From a virus (Duplodnaviria > Caudoviricetes): a DNA stretch of 36,177 nt. The notes under the pieces are model-generated. The model was given only the letters and a program-made list of their open reading frames with translations, was not told the origin of the DNA and ran no database searches. The position numbers and the translations under genes are program-made. The stretch covers positions 1 through 36,177 of the IMG/VR virus record IMGVR_UViG_3300017766_000457; one strand, 5' to 3'. Shown here piece after piece: positions 15,335 to 25,444 of this stretch (position 1 is the first letter of the stretch; each line of letters opens with the position of its first letter).

Positions 15335-15535
15335 CTAATTAGAAAAACGATGGAATTCGCCGCACCAGTCATCCCTTGCTGCTACTGGAAAGGTGCTATC
15401 AAAATCGCTATCTCCCATGTTGATTAGTACCGGAGGATAACGTCTACATAGCCCAAGGTCTTCTTTAGGCTCAATGTCAAAGAATGAGCAAGACTGACAA
15501 GCTGGCATACAGTCTTCAGGTATTTTATTGGTCAT
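15335..15535 (-). CDS. Small four-Cys protein
   Basis: CQSCSFF...GLCRRYPP...DWCGEF. Confidence 0.75.
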   Translation of the reverse strand: MTNKIPEDCMPACQSCSFFDIEPKEDLGLCRRYPPVLINMGDSDFDSTFPVAARDDWCGEFHRFSN

Positions 15536-15834
15536 TATGGTTTATTGCTTTTGTACTCAGGTTCAGAAGCCAACAATTGAAATGAATCAACCGACCAAGT
15601 TCCGTTTTTACCGTCTTCAAAGACTACTAGAATTGCGTTACTTCTTCGTGTCCAACAAAACCGAACATAAGATTCAGTTCCAAAGGCATAGCCATCGTTC
15701 ATTCCTCTAGCGCCACAATACTGGTCTCTAGTCGTGATTACCGTCCAGCCACCTGCATTGTTCTGGAAACCTGCCGCTTCTTCTGCAAAACTATAACAAC
15801 TAATTAGCGATAAGACAACAGCAAGTTTCTTCAT
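15535..15834 (-). CDS. Exported protein (signal peptide or lipoprotein) next to the endolysin
   Basis: MKKLAVVLSLISCYSFA; AGGAGG RBS. Confidence 0.72.
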   Translation of the reverse strand: MKKLAVVLSLISCYSFAEEAAGFQNNAGGWTVITTRDQYCGARGMNDGYAFGTESYVRFCWTRRSNAILVVFEDGKNGTWSVDSFQLLASEPEYKSNKP

Positions 15835-15835
15835 G

Positions 15836-16312
15836 CTAGCCTCCTAAATAAATGGCTCTTTCATCATTACGCCTCTTTACAAGGCCGGGTAATACCTTTC
15901 CACCGCCTTTTGTGTACTTTAGGAACTCTTGAGCAGCACCTTCGTAATCGCCTCGATTATGCTTCTGTCGTAGCGTACTTCTTTGCAAAGCGCCTAGCCC
16001 TACATTAAAGGCAAAACTGACCAGCGCATCAAACTGGCCTTGACTAGCAACAACAGGACAATACTTGGATACGCCTCGTACAAACCGAGCAAGATCGGCT
16101 TTAAGAATCTCATCGACTTCCTCATTAGAGAATTTGCGAAAATGCTCTATCTTTAGTGGATAAGATAAGCGCTCTGGCATCTTAAGGTTACCCTGCTCTG
16201 GGTACAGAACATGACCTACGCCAATAGTCCACAAAGCAGCAGGGCAGCGGTAAGGCTTATTCCTTACCCCCTCATGATGCTTAATCATCTTTAAGGCTTT
16301 GTCACTAATCAT
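15836..16312 (-). CDS. Endolysin, GH24 lysozyme
   Basis: HEG...PYRC...WTIGVGH (E-x8-C-x5-T), QFDALVSFAFNVG, LPGLVKRR. Confidence 0.95.
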   Translation of the reverse strand: MISDKALKMIKHHEGVRNKPYRCPAALWTIGVGHVLYPEQGNLKMPERLSYPLKIEHFRKFSNEEVDEILKADLARFVRGVSKYCPVVASQGQFDALVSFAFNVGLGALQRSTLRQKHNRGDYEGAAQEFLKYTKGGGKVLPGLVKRRNDERAIYLGG

Positions 16313-16824
16313 TTGCCAAAAGCCCGACCGCCAAAGTGAAACGCTATGATAGAAGCAAACAGAGCCTGAGTCTCATCATCCCAGAGCTGATCCGCCATCT
16401 CTTTAAACGATACGCCAGCCTCAAAGCCCTTATAAGCCAGAACCGCATCCAAAGCACACAGCAGGAAGAAGAAGCCATAAGTAATCACAGGACGTACCGA
16501 AGCCCGTAGATTCTTCATCCATTGGCTAGTGCCTTCATTAAGGCTTATATCGTGAGCATAAATAGCCTGTAATTCAGCCTGTTGAGCGCCAATTAGCGCC
16601 ACTTTCTCATCAGACGCAGACTGTACCTTTATCTCGTCTAGCTTGACTTCCTCGATACGCTGTTGAGCTGCATAACCTTCTTTAGCCAGAGCTAACTCAC
16701 GCTCAATCTGGACTTTAGCCAGTTCTAGTTCGTGTTTCTTATCTGACTTATCCTGAAAGAAGTCGAGTATCTTTGGCAAGCCGCCAATTAAAAACGATGT
16801 AAAAGTAGATAACAGAGTAAGCAT
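16309..16824 (-). CDS. Holin-like membrane protein
   Basis: N-terminal TM, coiled coil, RASVRPVITY TM, IIAFHFGGR end; immediately upstream of the endolysin. Confidence 0.65.
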   Translation of the reverse strand: MLTLLSTFTSFLIGGLPKILDFFQDKSDKKHELELAKVQIERELALAKEGYAAQQRIEEVKLDEIKVQSASDEKVALIGAQQAELQAIYAHDISLNEGTSQWMKNLRASVRPVITYGFFFLLCALDAVLAYKGFEAGVSFKEMADQLWDDETQALFASIIAFHFGGRAFGK

Positions 16825-17381
16825 CAATCCCCCAAAGTAAACATCCAAACAATACCAATTATTATCAGTATAGAAACTATGCCACCAAGTGCTATAGCAA
16901 ACATATCTTGTATAAATTGAACCTTCTTAGCCTTCTCTCGTCTAGCAGCCATCTCCAAAGCCTTGAGATGCAGCCTATGGTCTACTTCTCTCTGCCTACG
17001 ATCTGCCCTAAGTTTCTCTAGCCGACCCATGAACTCGTCGTATAGACCGGGCTCCTGAAACTGGTAGATAAACATCTCTTTAAGGTCTTTATAGAACTGC
17101 TTTAGCTGCCTCTCAGCGACCATCATCTCAATGACTATCTCGTAGTCACTGCGGCTATCTTCTTGGCCTTCTGGTGGGTTCTCTTGGAGTTCTTTAGCAT
17201 GTGCTATGCCTTCTTCTGCCTTACCAGCAGACGAAAAAAAACTGGTAAGCGCTCCTAATGATTCATGAGCAGACTTACCAGCCTCAGCGCATTCTCTGAT
17301 CTCGTCAAACGCTTCTTTAGCGACATCAAAAGCAGCCTTAGCCCCTTTGATGACCATCAGGGCTGTAGCGACTTCTATCAT
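16824..17381 (-). CDS. Coiled-coil protein with C-terminal TM helix
   Basis: Helical body; MFAIALGGIVSILIIIGIVWMF. Confidence 0.72.
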   Translation of the reverse strand: MIEVATALMVIKGAKAAFDVAKEAFDEIRECAEAGKSAHESLGALTSFFSSAGKAEEGIAHAKELQENPPEGQEDSRSDYEIVIEMMVAERQLKQFYKDLKEMFIYQFQEPGLYDEFMGRLEKLRADRRQREVDHRLHLKALEMAARREKAKKVQFIQDMFAIALGGIVSILIIIGIVWMFTLGD

Positions 17382-17563
17382 TTGGGCAGCGTTCCGTTCC
17401 CAGCCATCCAGAACAATAGGCCTAATGCACCAGCACCTACAATCCAGAATATTTTTTTAACGACAGAACGACCAACTTCTTCATAAATCTTCTTGAAAGC
17501 TACTTCAGCAGCACGCTCTGCTATAGCTTCAATTTGATCGTCTGTTAAAGGTAGCTTTTCCAT
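17378..17563 (-). CDS. Small single-TM protein
   Basis: IFWIVGAGALGLLFWMA. Confidence 0.72.
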   Translation of the reverse strand: MEKLPLTDDQIEAIAERAAEVAFKKIYEEVGRSVVKKIFWIVGAGALGLLFWMAGNGTLPK

Positions 17564-17566
17564 ACA

Positions 17567-18097
17567 TTACTCGTAGAGAATGTTAATTGTGCCAGCGTCA
17601 AAGGTGTCTGTGCCGTTGACGGTAGTGATACGAACGCGGTCTAGTGTATCGGAGAGGGTTTTTGAGCCAGCTCCGGTATTTCCAGAATTACTAGCACTAG
17701 GGGAGGATACAAAACTAGTTTGCGCCCAATTATTTGACCCAATAAAAAGTATTGTTGCTGCGCCATTATAAAGACTAGCTGCAATCGTGCTGTCTTGTAC
17801 CAAAAACCCAGCGGTAGAAGTTAAATATGACGAGCTAGACGCGCCTACTCGAACTGCGGAAGATGAATACCCAGTAGTTTCAAATCCGCCGGAATCGCCA
17901 AGTTGTATAAGAATCGGTGAGATTCCGTTCGTACTCACGCCGCTAAACATCACCGTAATGCGTTTTACCCACGATGGTATCGACGTAAAGTCGACCGAAG
18001 TGCCCGATGCAGTAACAGCAGTACCACGCTGGATACCATCATACACAGCACCGCTGTTCGTAGTAACTCCTGCGCTACCGTTAATAACTACTGACAT
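17567..18097 (-). CDS. Short tail-fibre/receptor-binding-like protein
   Basis: Ser/Thr/Gly-rich beta protein; SVDFTSIPSWVKRI...FDAGTINILYE. Confidence 0.65.
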   Translation of the reverse strand: MSVVINGSAGVTTNSGAVYDGIQRGTAVTASGTSVDFTSIPSWVKRITVMFSGVSTNGISPILIQLGDSGGFETTGYSSSAVRVGASSSSYLTSTAGFLVQDSTIAASLYNGAATILFIGSNNWAQTSFVSSPSASNSGNTGAGSKTLSDTLDRVRITTVNGTDTFDAGTINILYE

Positions 18098-18312
18098 GAC
18101 AGCCCCCTCAATTCATCTAAAGTAGTGCAAGTGTCTACTTGGCTAGTTACATCACGTAGACGCTGTTTCTCAGCCACAACCGCAGCCGTATCGCCACCAG
18201 ACTCTAGCGCACGTTGAAATGCCACATCTTGAGCAGCTAGCAGTGGCGCACGTTCAGCACGTAGCCGGTCTTTGGTAATCGCTTGTGCTTTAGCGAAGTC
18301 AATCGTAATCAT
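18088..18312 (-). CDS. Tail-fibre assembly chaperone-like protein
   Basis: LRAERAPLLAAQDV...KQRLRDVT. Confidence 0.6.
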   Translation of the reverse strand: MITIDFAKAQAITKDRLRAERAPLLAAQDVAFQRALESGGDTAAVVAEKQRLRDVTSQVDTCTTLDELRGLSCQ

Positions 18313-18512
18313 TCAGTCACCTCAGTAAAGTCAGCAGTCCAAGCATTACGGAATGTACGGTCAGCAGGAATGTCAGCAGAATCTACAATCTTCCAAGGCT
18401 TGCCAGCAGGTACGTCTTTAGCAGCGATTTCTTCGATAGTCAGACCGCACTCAGGAGCAGGAGTCAGGATGCAAATGCCGTCATTGTTGTTAGGGTAGAT
18501 AATAAGTTTCAT
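18309..18512 (-). CDS. Small tail-fibre-associated protein
   Basis: IAAKDVP...IPADRTFRNAW. Confidence 0.65.
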   Translation of the reverse strand: MKLIIYPNNNDGICILTPAPECGLTIEEIAAKDVPAGKPWKIVDSADIPADRTFRNAWTADFTEVTE

Positions 18513-18520
18513 GGTTGTCC

Positions 18521-18946
18521 TTAACGGAAGATAGCAACAGAAACATAATCGCTGTCGTTAAATACTGGAGTTACTGACGCTGTTCCAACAGTAACTCCGC
18601 TAGTTGTAGGGGCTGCAGCAATGACAGTATATCTTGCTGTTTGAGTACCAAGACCACTAGCCAAAGTAACGCAATAATTAGCGTCTGGCATTGCGTTAGC
18701 AAAATTAACCGTTTGATTGCCAGACCCATTATCTGCAACTGAAGTCACATTAAATGACCCGCGAATCGTACAAAATCCGCCCGTGTTCGTTGTACCGTCA
18801 AAGTTTACCCACGCACGACAGAACGTACCAATTTGCGTACCAGCGCTATCCTGAATCGTTGGTGGCGTATTGGCTACACCGTTCTTTAGCACCAGCGTAC
18901 TAGACGATGCTGCTTGTATGTTATCTGCTACGATAGTTCCAGCCAT
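18521..18946 (-). CDS. Short tail-fibre-like protein
   Basis: CRAWVNFDG...IRGSFNVTSVADNG...VNFANAMPDANY. Confidence 0.68.
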   Translation of the reverse strand: MAGTIVADNIQAASSSTLVLKNGVANTPPTIQDSAGTQIGTFCRAWVNFDGTTNTGGFCTIRGSFNVTSVADNGSGNQTVNFANAMPDANYCVTLASGLGTQTARYTVIAAAPTTSGVTVGTASVTPVFNDSDYVSVAIFR

Positions 18947-18955
18947 GATTACCTC

Positions 18956-19420
18956 TTAAGAAGATACGCCTTTAATTACGATAAAGTTTAAAACTATAGC
19001 CTCAGATAACGAACCTGCGCTTGAATTTGAAACTGTCACCGCGAATGATCCAGAGGCAATGCTATTTGCTGAAACAATATAAGCACCAGCAGTTCCTGTA
19101 TTAGCATGATTGATTACAACGCAATCAGTAGCTTGAACAGTAGAATTTGTTACGGTAAACGTCACCTCAGCAGCAGCAGCCAAAGCCTCATTGCTCAGTG
19201 TTATTTGACCAGTTAGTTTGTTTAAAGTAACGCCAGTTGACTTTGAGGTGGCTTGAGTAACAGTGCCGCCAAGACCACTGTAGTAGCCTATTTTGTCACT
19301 TTGAGTTACAGCAACACCACCAGTAACAGCAGGTAAAGTTAGCGTATTACTGCCAGCAACAGCAGGAACCGATACCGTAACCGAACCGGATGAGCTTCCT
19401 GAGATGACTAAAGATGCCAT
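18956..19420 (-). CDS. Short fibre/virion protein
   Basis: GGTVTQATSKSTGVTLN...FTVTNS...LNFIVIKG. Confidence 0.62.
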   Translation of the reverse strand: MASLVISGSSSGSVTVSVPAVAGSNTLTLPAVTGGVAVTQSDKIGYYSGLGGTVTQATSKSTGVTLNKLTGQITLSNEALAAAAEVTFTVTNSTVQATDCVVINHANTGTAGAYIVSANSIASGSFAVTVSNSSAGSLSEAIVLNFIVIKGVSS

Positions 19421-19430
19421 AAATTACCCC

Positions 19431-20141
19431 TTAAACTATGACCCAACGGCTACCCGTTGGCAAAGTTACTATTACGCCAGTATTAATAGTAATATCACCA
19501 GCAGACATAGCGTTCTTATTAGCCGTTATTGTATAGTCAACAGTAACATTTTGGCTATTTTCTACGAATACGGTATCAGTGCCTCCACCAGTAGCCCCAC
19601 CACCCAAAGCACCCCACGCACCGTTTACATAACCCTCATAACGAGGAATAGTGCTGTTGTAACGAATCTGACCAGCCGTACCAGTAGGACGTTGCGCAGT
19701 AGTACCAGAAGGCAACTTAATTGCACCTGTGCTGCTAATAGATAGTTCTGTAGGAGCAACAATAGTGGCAGAATTAAGGGTTACTGTATTTGTAGTCGCA
19801 GCGCCTAATGTTACGTTAGCAGAAAGAACAGCATTACCGCTTGCGGTTAAAGCACCACCAATACTTAAAGCGCCACCGACATTTAAAGCACCACCAATAG
19901 TAGAAGCACCAGCAATAGCCACAGTGCTAGAAAATACAGCAGCACCAACAGAAGTAAACCCACCACCTACCGTAAAGTTATCTCCATCAGTACCTGCTTG
20001 CTGATCTTTAAGTTGCGCCATTAACTCACGGATAGCGTTATTAATGCCAGACGGAGCGCAACCCTCTGCTATGTTAATACCAGCAATATCAGTATTATTT
20101 GCAGCAGTAGAGCTATATTCGCTAATCTTGTTCTTTGCCAT
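19431..20141 (-). CDS. Tail-fibre anchor-like protein
   Basis: NIAEGCAPSGINNAIRELMA N-terminus; LPSGTTAQRP...IRYN...EGY module. Confidence 0.68.
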   Translation of the reverse strand: MAKNKISEYSSTAANNTDIAGINIAEGCAPSGINNAIRELMAQLKDQQAGTDGDNFTVGGGFTSVGAAVFSSTVAIAGASTIGGALNVGGALSIGGALTASGNAVLSANVTLGAATTNTVTLNSATIVAPTELSISSTGAIKLPSGTTAQRPTGTAGQIRYNSTIPRYEGYVNGAWGALGGGATGGGTDTVFVENSQNVTVDYTITANKNAMSAGDITINTGVIVTLPTGSRWVIV

Positions 20142-20144
20142 GAT

Positions 20145-22196
20145 TTAATCCCTAGTTTCAAACATACCGTAATCAGACATAAGTTGACTTAATCCAGCCC
20201 AATACTTTGCTGATGTCTTAGACATTTGACGAAGTTCTTTCAATCTAGAAATACCGTCAGGGCTTGTAATAATGCTAGCTATTTTATCTGCATTAGCAGC
20301 CGCATCGCGCTTAATAGCCCAGTCAGAAAGCGCCTTTGCTGGTTGATCTAACTGAATCCCACCAATAGCGCGTGCAACACCTGTTGTAATGCTAGTAACA
20401 GGTGGGTTCTTCATTAGTTCTTCAGTAACCAACTGGTTAAATGCAGTATCAGAGCCTAGCTTTCTAACGCTACCAGCAGCCTGTAATACCTCTGCCAAGT
20501 CAGTCAATGCCTTGTACTGAGTTGGGCCTAAAGCAACACGCATAGCTGCTTTTGTCTTTACATCGCCAAGCAGAATATTCTGCCAAGTATTACCAGTGTC
20601 AAACTTCTCACCTTGCTGCGTCTTACTTGGCTTTCTAGCCTGTCCCCAAACATCATCAAGATATGAGCGTACAACAGCATCCCATGCTTCTTGACCACCA
20701 CCTTTGATGATCTGATCTTTGGCATACTTAACAGTTGCAGGACTTGGGTTTTCGAATATTCTGCTTGAGAAATTCTTTAGATTATCCTGAGACATTTGCA
20801 GCAATGACGAGCCAGTGGTTCGCTTATTGAATTCCTCCAATGGCTTAGAAAGTCTTTCAAATTCAGCATTAGCAGAAATGTAGTCTGGGTTATCTTTACC
20901 CATCTGCTGAACCAATGTATTCTTAATCTCTGTTAAATTGCCTTGAATCTTTTTATCAAGTGACTTAAACGCATCTTCATTAAACATCGCGTCAAGCTCA
21001 AACTTAATGTTTTGCAATACAGGAAGCCTATTCTCAATGCCTTTCTTAGTTATTTCCTGACCTGCCTCATCTAATGCTGGTACTTCTCTCTCAAAAAGAC
21101 CTTTCATCTTTTTAAGGTAACTAGCAGCACGACCATTAGCAGGTTGTGTTTTAAGGAAATTATCTATTTTGCTAATTACAGGAGCAGTATTAACAGGAAC
21201 AGATGCAGCAAATGCGCTCTCATAAATAGGCTCTGTAGCAAGTCTACGTTCTTCTATAAGTTGCTGTTTTGTAGCCTGAAGCGCATCAAATCCCATAGAT
21301 CCAGCTTCTGCCTGATCCTGAATCTTTGAAATGCCGCCAAGATAATCATTAACAGCACGTTGAACCTTCTTCTCACGTTCTCTGTAAAACTGCTGCATCT
21401 TTACCTGAGATTCAGGAACATTTGTCAGCACTTTTTGCTGTGATGTCAAAGACGCAAGGCTAGTAAGTTCAGCAGGAGTCAATGGAATATCTAAACGACC
21501 TGCTTTAGCTCTCAATGACTCAACCATAGGCACATTCATTTGTGCAATGTCTCTAGCTGTTCTACGCTCAACAAAACCCTTACGTACAGCAGGAGCGAGT
21601 TCAGCAGCACCACTAAGAACACCAGAAAGAGCAACTTCAGTCGGATTAACTTGCTGACCACCAATTAATCCACCAAGCAGTTGACGGGCATAATTAGTAC
21701 CAGCAGCAACTCCGCCAGTAAATGTTGAAGCAGTTGCTACGCCTAGTGGGCCACCTAATGTAAGTGGAGCAGATACCACACCAGCAAGAATGTCCGGAAC
21801 CATCTCAGCAACGTCAGGAGCATAGTAAGCCGCTGTAGATGCCGGGCCAGCTATCTCTTTGTAATATTTACCGTCATCAGCCTGATACGCTATATCGCCA
21901 TCAACTATCGTGTATCGAGTAACAGGAATACCGCGCTTCTCAGCAAAATACTTAATAGCTGCTTGTTTATCAGTAGGAATACCGCCAACAAGAGAAGTAG
22001 TAAAACCAGCAGCACGAGATGGATCAGAAATAGGCTTTGGCCCTAGCTCTGGAAATTGTCCAGATCCAGCTTGCTGACCAGATGTAGCTCTTTGACCAGA
22101 AAAAAAAGCAGACGCATAATCAAAGTCATCAGTAGTTTCTGGTGACTTCTGCTGCTTATTGGCAAAAAACTGACCTGCATAATCAAATTCAGCCAT
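20145..22196 (-). CDS. Internal virion/DNA ejection protein
   Basis: Large, helical, Gly/Ala hydrophobic patch; podovirus synteny. Confidence 0.6.
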   Translation of the reverse strand: MAEFDYAGQFFANKQQKSPETTDDFDYASAFFSGQRATSGQQAGSGQFPELGPKPISDPSRAAGFTTSLVGGIPTDKQAAIKYFAEKRGIPVTRYTIVDGDIAYQADDGKYYKEIAGPASTAAYYAPDVAEMVPDILAGVVSAPLTLGGPLGVATASTFTGGVAAGTNYARQLLGGLIGGQQVNPTEVALSGVLSGAAELAPAVRKGFVERRTARDIAQMNVPMVESLRAKAGRLDIPLTPAELTSLASLTSQQKVLTNVPESQVKMQQFYREREKKVQRAVNDYLGGISKIQDQAEAGSMGFDALQATKQQLIEERRLATEPIYESAFAASVPVNTAPVISKIDNFLKTQPANGRAASYLKKMKGLFEREVPALDEAGQEITKKGIENRLPVLQNIKFELDAMFNEDAFKSLDKKIQGNLTEIKNTLVQQMGKDNPDYISANAEFERLSKPLEEFNKRTTGSSLLQMSQDNLKNFSSRIFENPSPATVKYAKDQIIKGGGQEAWDAVVRSYLDDVWGQARKPSKTQQGEKFDTGNTWQNILLGDVKTKAAMRVALGPTQYKALTDLAEVLQAAGSVRKLGSDTAFNQLVTEELMKNPPVTSITTGVARAIGGIQLDQPAKALSDWAIKRDAAANADKIASIITSPDGISRLKELRQMSKTSAKYWAGLSQLMSDYGMFETRD

Positions 22197-22204
22197 GATT
22201 CACC

Positions 22205-24022
22205 TTAAAATGATACGCCAAACTCAGCCGCCAACTGACGGTTAATTGTATTTAAATCTGCTGGCTTATTAGGATCAAGATTATATTCCTGTGCAATAGC
22301 TTTACCACGAGCCTGAACTATTGATGGTATTTTATCCAAAGGAGTGTTTTCCCAATTCAAGCCTTTTCTTAATGAATATTGCTTACGAGCAAGAGCGTAT
22401 TTTGTTTGCTGAATAGCATTATTTAATTTTGCTTCAAACTCTGTAGGGCTGTCACCGCCAAATATATCCGATCCAGCATTAGGTAAAGTAGCGATAATTC
22501 GTTCTGCTTCCTGAACTCCCATAGCCGCACCAGTAATGTCTTTAATGGTTTGATTAAGGTTCTGCAAAGCATTTTGACGATATTGCGAATATTCAGCAAG
22601 TTGCCGTTTATCTGTCTCTGGCAAACCAACGTATTTATCTCTAAGCGTATTCCATGCTTGTTTTGTTCTAAACCCAATGTTTTGATATTGTGGCTTATAA
22701 GAAAACTGAATATTATTTAAACGAGTAACAGCGTCAGCAGTAGTAATTACTTGCTTTTCAACTTCTCCAGCCGCTGGTTTGCTGAGTTGACCAGTGTAAA
22801 TTGTGCTAGCACCTGCTTTAGCTTTTGAGATACCTCGTCTTTCAGCTTCTGCATCAACCTTTTTACGTTGATCTGCGCTAAGTTTATTGATGTCTGATGT
22901 GCCATACATTGTATTGGCAAGATTAGCGTAGTCACCAGTAAACTTCTCTTTATCAATCATTGTTCCTTGAACAAGATCAACTTTTCCATTTGCATCAACT
23001 TGATAAACTTGACCTCGATCAGTTGGATAGCCAAGATTCTTAGCTTCATCAGATGTCAATGTTCTTGTAACAGTTGTGGCTGAACCTTGAATTAGGTCAA
23101 TTTTCCCATTTGGATCAATTTGGTAAGTTTTTCCACCAGTTGTATCTAAACCTTGATTTTTAGCTTCTTGAGGTGTCAATATCTTAGTTTTGGATGTTCC
23201 GCTAACCAAAGATGGGATATTGTCTTTCATAGTCCACTTACCACGAGTAGGATCTAACCCAAAGCTCGTAGCTTCTGCATCAGTTAGGATTTTTCCACCA
23301 CCGTAATTAGCAAGTTCACCGCGCTTACTCGATATTAGTCTGCCATCTCTAAAGAATAGTTGCTCTTTGGGATCAAGTCTCTCTGCCTCATTTTGGAAGA
23401 AAGTTGCAGTATCTTTATCTCCAAGAGAAATGGCTAATGCGGCTTTTCTTCTTGCATCATTAGCTTTAGCAACACTAACTTGGTCAACCATTGGCACTGC
23501 CTGTGCTGGCTGCAATTGACCTTGAGGAGCAACTTGAGTTTGATCTTGTGCTGGCATTTGAGCAGGAGCCTGAGTAGTTTCACCACCAAAGCCGTACATC
23601 TTTGCTCTTTCGCGGCTAATGACTTGTTTAGTCGCTTCACCGGGATCAATATCAAATAGAGGAGCCAAGTCTGGATATTTTGCTTTAGCTTCAGCAATAC
23701 TTCTTAGTTTGCTTACAGCTTGACCTTGTGCGAGTTGAGTCTGTGCAATCTGTTGCTGCGTAACGTAATTCTTAATACCCTGATCGTAAGCACCACCAGC
23801 AGCACCAAAACCGCCAGCCAATGCACCTAAGATATTCTCAGCAGCAGAGCGACGTGGGCCAGTACGGCTCATGCCTTGAGCCAGTGCCAGACCAGCACCT
23901 AGCAACCCCTGAACATTAGCTCGATTCTGCAAGTTCTGAGTTTCTTCAGCGCCAAGCAAACCCTGCAAATAGCTAGGAGCCGCTTGACCAAAGACATTAG
24001 GAATGTAATCTGTAAGTGCCAT
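22205..24022 (-). CDS. Internal virion/DNA ejection protein with three internal repeats
   Basis: Ala/Gln/Gly-rich; synteny. Confidence 0.6.
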   Translation of the reverse strand: MALTDYIPNVFGQAAPSYLQGLLGAEETQNLQNRANVQGLLGAGLALAQGMSRTGPRRSAAENILGALAGGFGAAGGAYDQGIKNYVTQQQIAQTQLAQGQAVSKLRSIAEAKAKYPDLAPLFDIDPGEATKQVISRERAKMYGFGGETTQAPAQMPAQDQTQVAPQGQLQPAQAVPMVDQVSVAKANDARRKAALAISLGDKDTATFFQNEAERLDPKEQLFFRDGRLISSKRGELANYGGGKILTDAEATSFGLDPTRGKWTMKDNIPSLVSGTSKTKILTPQEAKNQGLDTTGGKTYQIDPNGKIDLIQGSATTVTRTLTSDEAKNLGYPTDRGQVYQVDANGKVDLVQGTMIDKEKFTGDYANLANTMYGTSDINKLSADQRKKVDAEAERRGISKAKAGASTIYTGQLSKPAAGEVEKQVITTADAVTRLNNIQFSYKPQYQNIGFRTKQAWNTLRDKYVGLPETDKRQLAEYSQYRQNALQNLNQTIKDITGAAMGVQEAERIIATLPNAGSDIFGGDSPTEFEAKLNNAIQQTKYALARKQYSLRKGLNWENTPLDKIPSIVQARGKAIAQEYNLDPNKPADLNTINRQLAAEFGVSF

Positions 24023-24025
24023 ATA

Positions 24026-24712
24026 TCACCCTAATAGGGAAATCGGTTGCGGTCTAAGAACTGTGCTTTCCTGTGGATTTAGCAGACCCATGTAATCCAT
24101 TGGCTGAATCTGACCACGACTTACTTGACCAGCAGGAGCCATGTCAGCCTGTGGTTTTTGCAATGCTTTCTGTGCACTTTGAGCAGCCATTTGCGTAAGA
24201 GATGGGTTTTCTTGAGCAAATTGACCAACTTGACCGAATCTTTCCATAACCGTAGGCGTGCCGCCTTGACCATACTCAACACCCGGCATTCCGTAGGTCA
24301 ATGGTTTTTCAAGTGCGGCAGTCTGACCAGCAGCACTACTTAAAGGCTGGCTTGCATTAACAAGAGATGGAGTGCTAAAAATAGTATTAGGAACAGCAGC
24401 AGAAGTATAACCAGCACCTTGACTAGCACCAATGACAGTGCCGGGATTAACACCAGCAGGAGCCATAAACGCTGTATTAGCAGCAGTAGAAGCACCAGCG
24501 CCAGTTAATGCGCTACCAGTGCCAGCAGTGCCAGCAGCAGTAGTAGTGGCTGCAGTAGTTCCAGAAGAAGCCAAGCCGGGAATATTAGCAACAGTACCGC
24601 CTGTTCCACCAATAGCAGCACCAACCATTGCTCCCTTAACTGGATCTTTACCTCTAGCAGCATTGTAAGTAGCCCCTACAGCCGCACCAATCATTGCTCC
24701 TTTACCAGACAT
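24026..24712 (-). CDS. Gly/Ala-rich internal virion protein
   Basis: Glycine-zipper-like KGAMIGAAVG and KGAMVGAAIG repeats. Confidence 0.55.
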   Translation of the reverse strand: MSGKGAMIGAAVGATYNAARGKDPVKGAMVGAAIGGTGGTVANIPGLASSGTTAATTTAAGTAGTGSALTGAGASTAANTAFMAPAGVNPGTVIGASQGAGYTSAAVPNTIFSTPSLVNASQPLSSAAGQTAALEKPLTYGMPGVEYGQGGTPTVMERFGQVGQFAQENPSLTQMAAQSAQKALQKPQADMAPAGQVSRGQIQPMDYMGLLNPQESTVLRPQPISLLG

Positions 24713-25443
24713 TATTTACCTCCTGATGGAGTAGCTTGCTGGATAGTTTGACCGCCTTGTGGAACGCTACCAAACAAGTTAGCAAATTGGCTAAGTTTCA
24801 TCTGTGGCAAGTTCTGCTCAAAGTTAAAGCGATTAATTGCGTCTTGCAGTTCAGCCGATGAATACTGTTCTTGTGCCTGACCAGTTGTCAGCAACTTCTG
24901 AATATCAGCATAGTCAGCCTGAGCCATTGCTGGAGCAGCCTGACTAGCAGCAATCTGCCTAGCACGTTCAGCTTCAGCGGATCCGTAAGCCAGTTGACCG
25001 CCTTGCTCTGCCAATGCTCTAGCAAATATGTCTTGAGCCTGAGCCTCTTGTTGACCTTGAGCAGCAGACCCGTAACGACCCATAGATGAGGCTTTGGATT
25101 GCAGACCTTGCACACCTTCAGTAAATGCTTCTCTAGCCTGACGATTAACACCAGTCAGAGCACCCTCTAGGAATGGATTAACGCCTCGCCCTTGAATCGT
25201 AGCTAATTGCTCTTGCTGCGCAGCACGAACCAGCGGAGAACCCGCCATAGCCCGTTCCTGAGCCATATTAAGTGCTGATTGAGTAGCTTCAGAAGGAGAA
25301 ACGTAGGTCTGACCGGGAAAGAATGTAGGCGTACCAGACTCGTAAAGGCGCTTGCCTTCTTCTAGACCATATTTAACATACGGTCTAATTGCTGGATCAA
25401 TTCTAGTCGTTGATGTGCTTGTTTGATTGCCACCGCCGCCCAT
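24712..25443 (-). CDS. Gln/Ala-rich internal virion (pilot-like) protein
   Basis: Start MGGGGNQTSTSTT at 25443 with GAGGTG RBS. Confidence 0.6.
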   Translation of the reverse strand: MGGGGNQTSTSTTRIDPAIRPYVKYGLEEGKRLYESGTPTFFPGQTYVSPSEATQSALNMAQERAMAGSPLVRAAQQEQLATIQGRGVNPFLEGALTGVNRQAREAFTEGVQGLQSKASSMGRYGSAAQGQQEAQAQDIFARALAEQGGQLAYGSAEAERARQIAASQAAPAMAQADYADIQKLLTTGQAQEQYSSAELQDAINRFNFEQNLPQMKLSQFANLFGSVPQGGQTIQQATPSGGK

Positions 25444-25444
25444 A

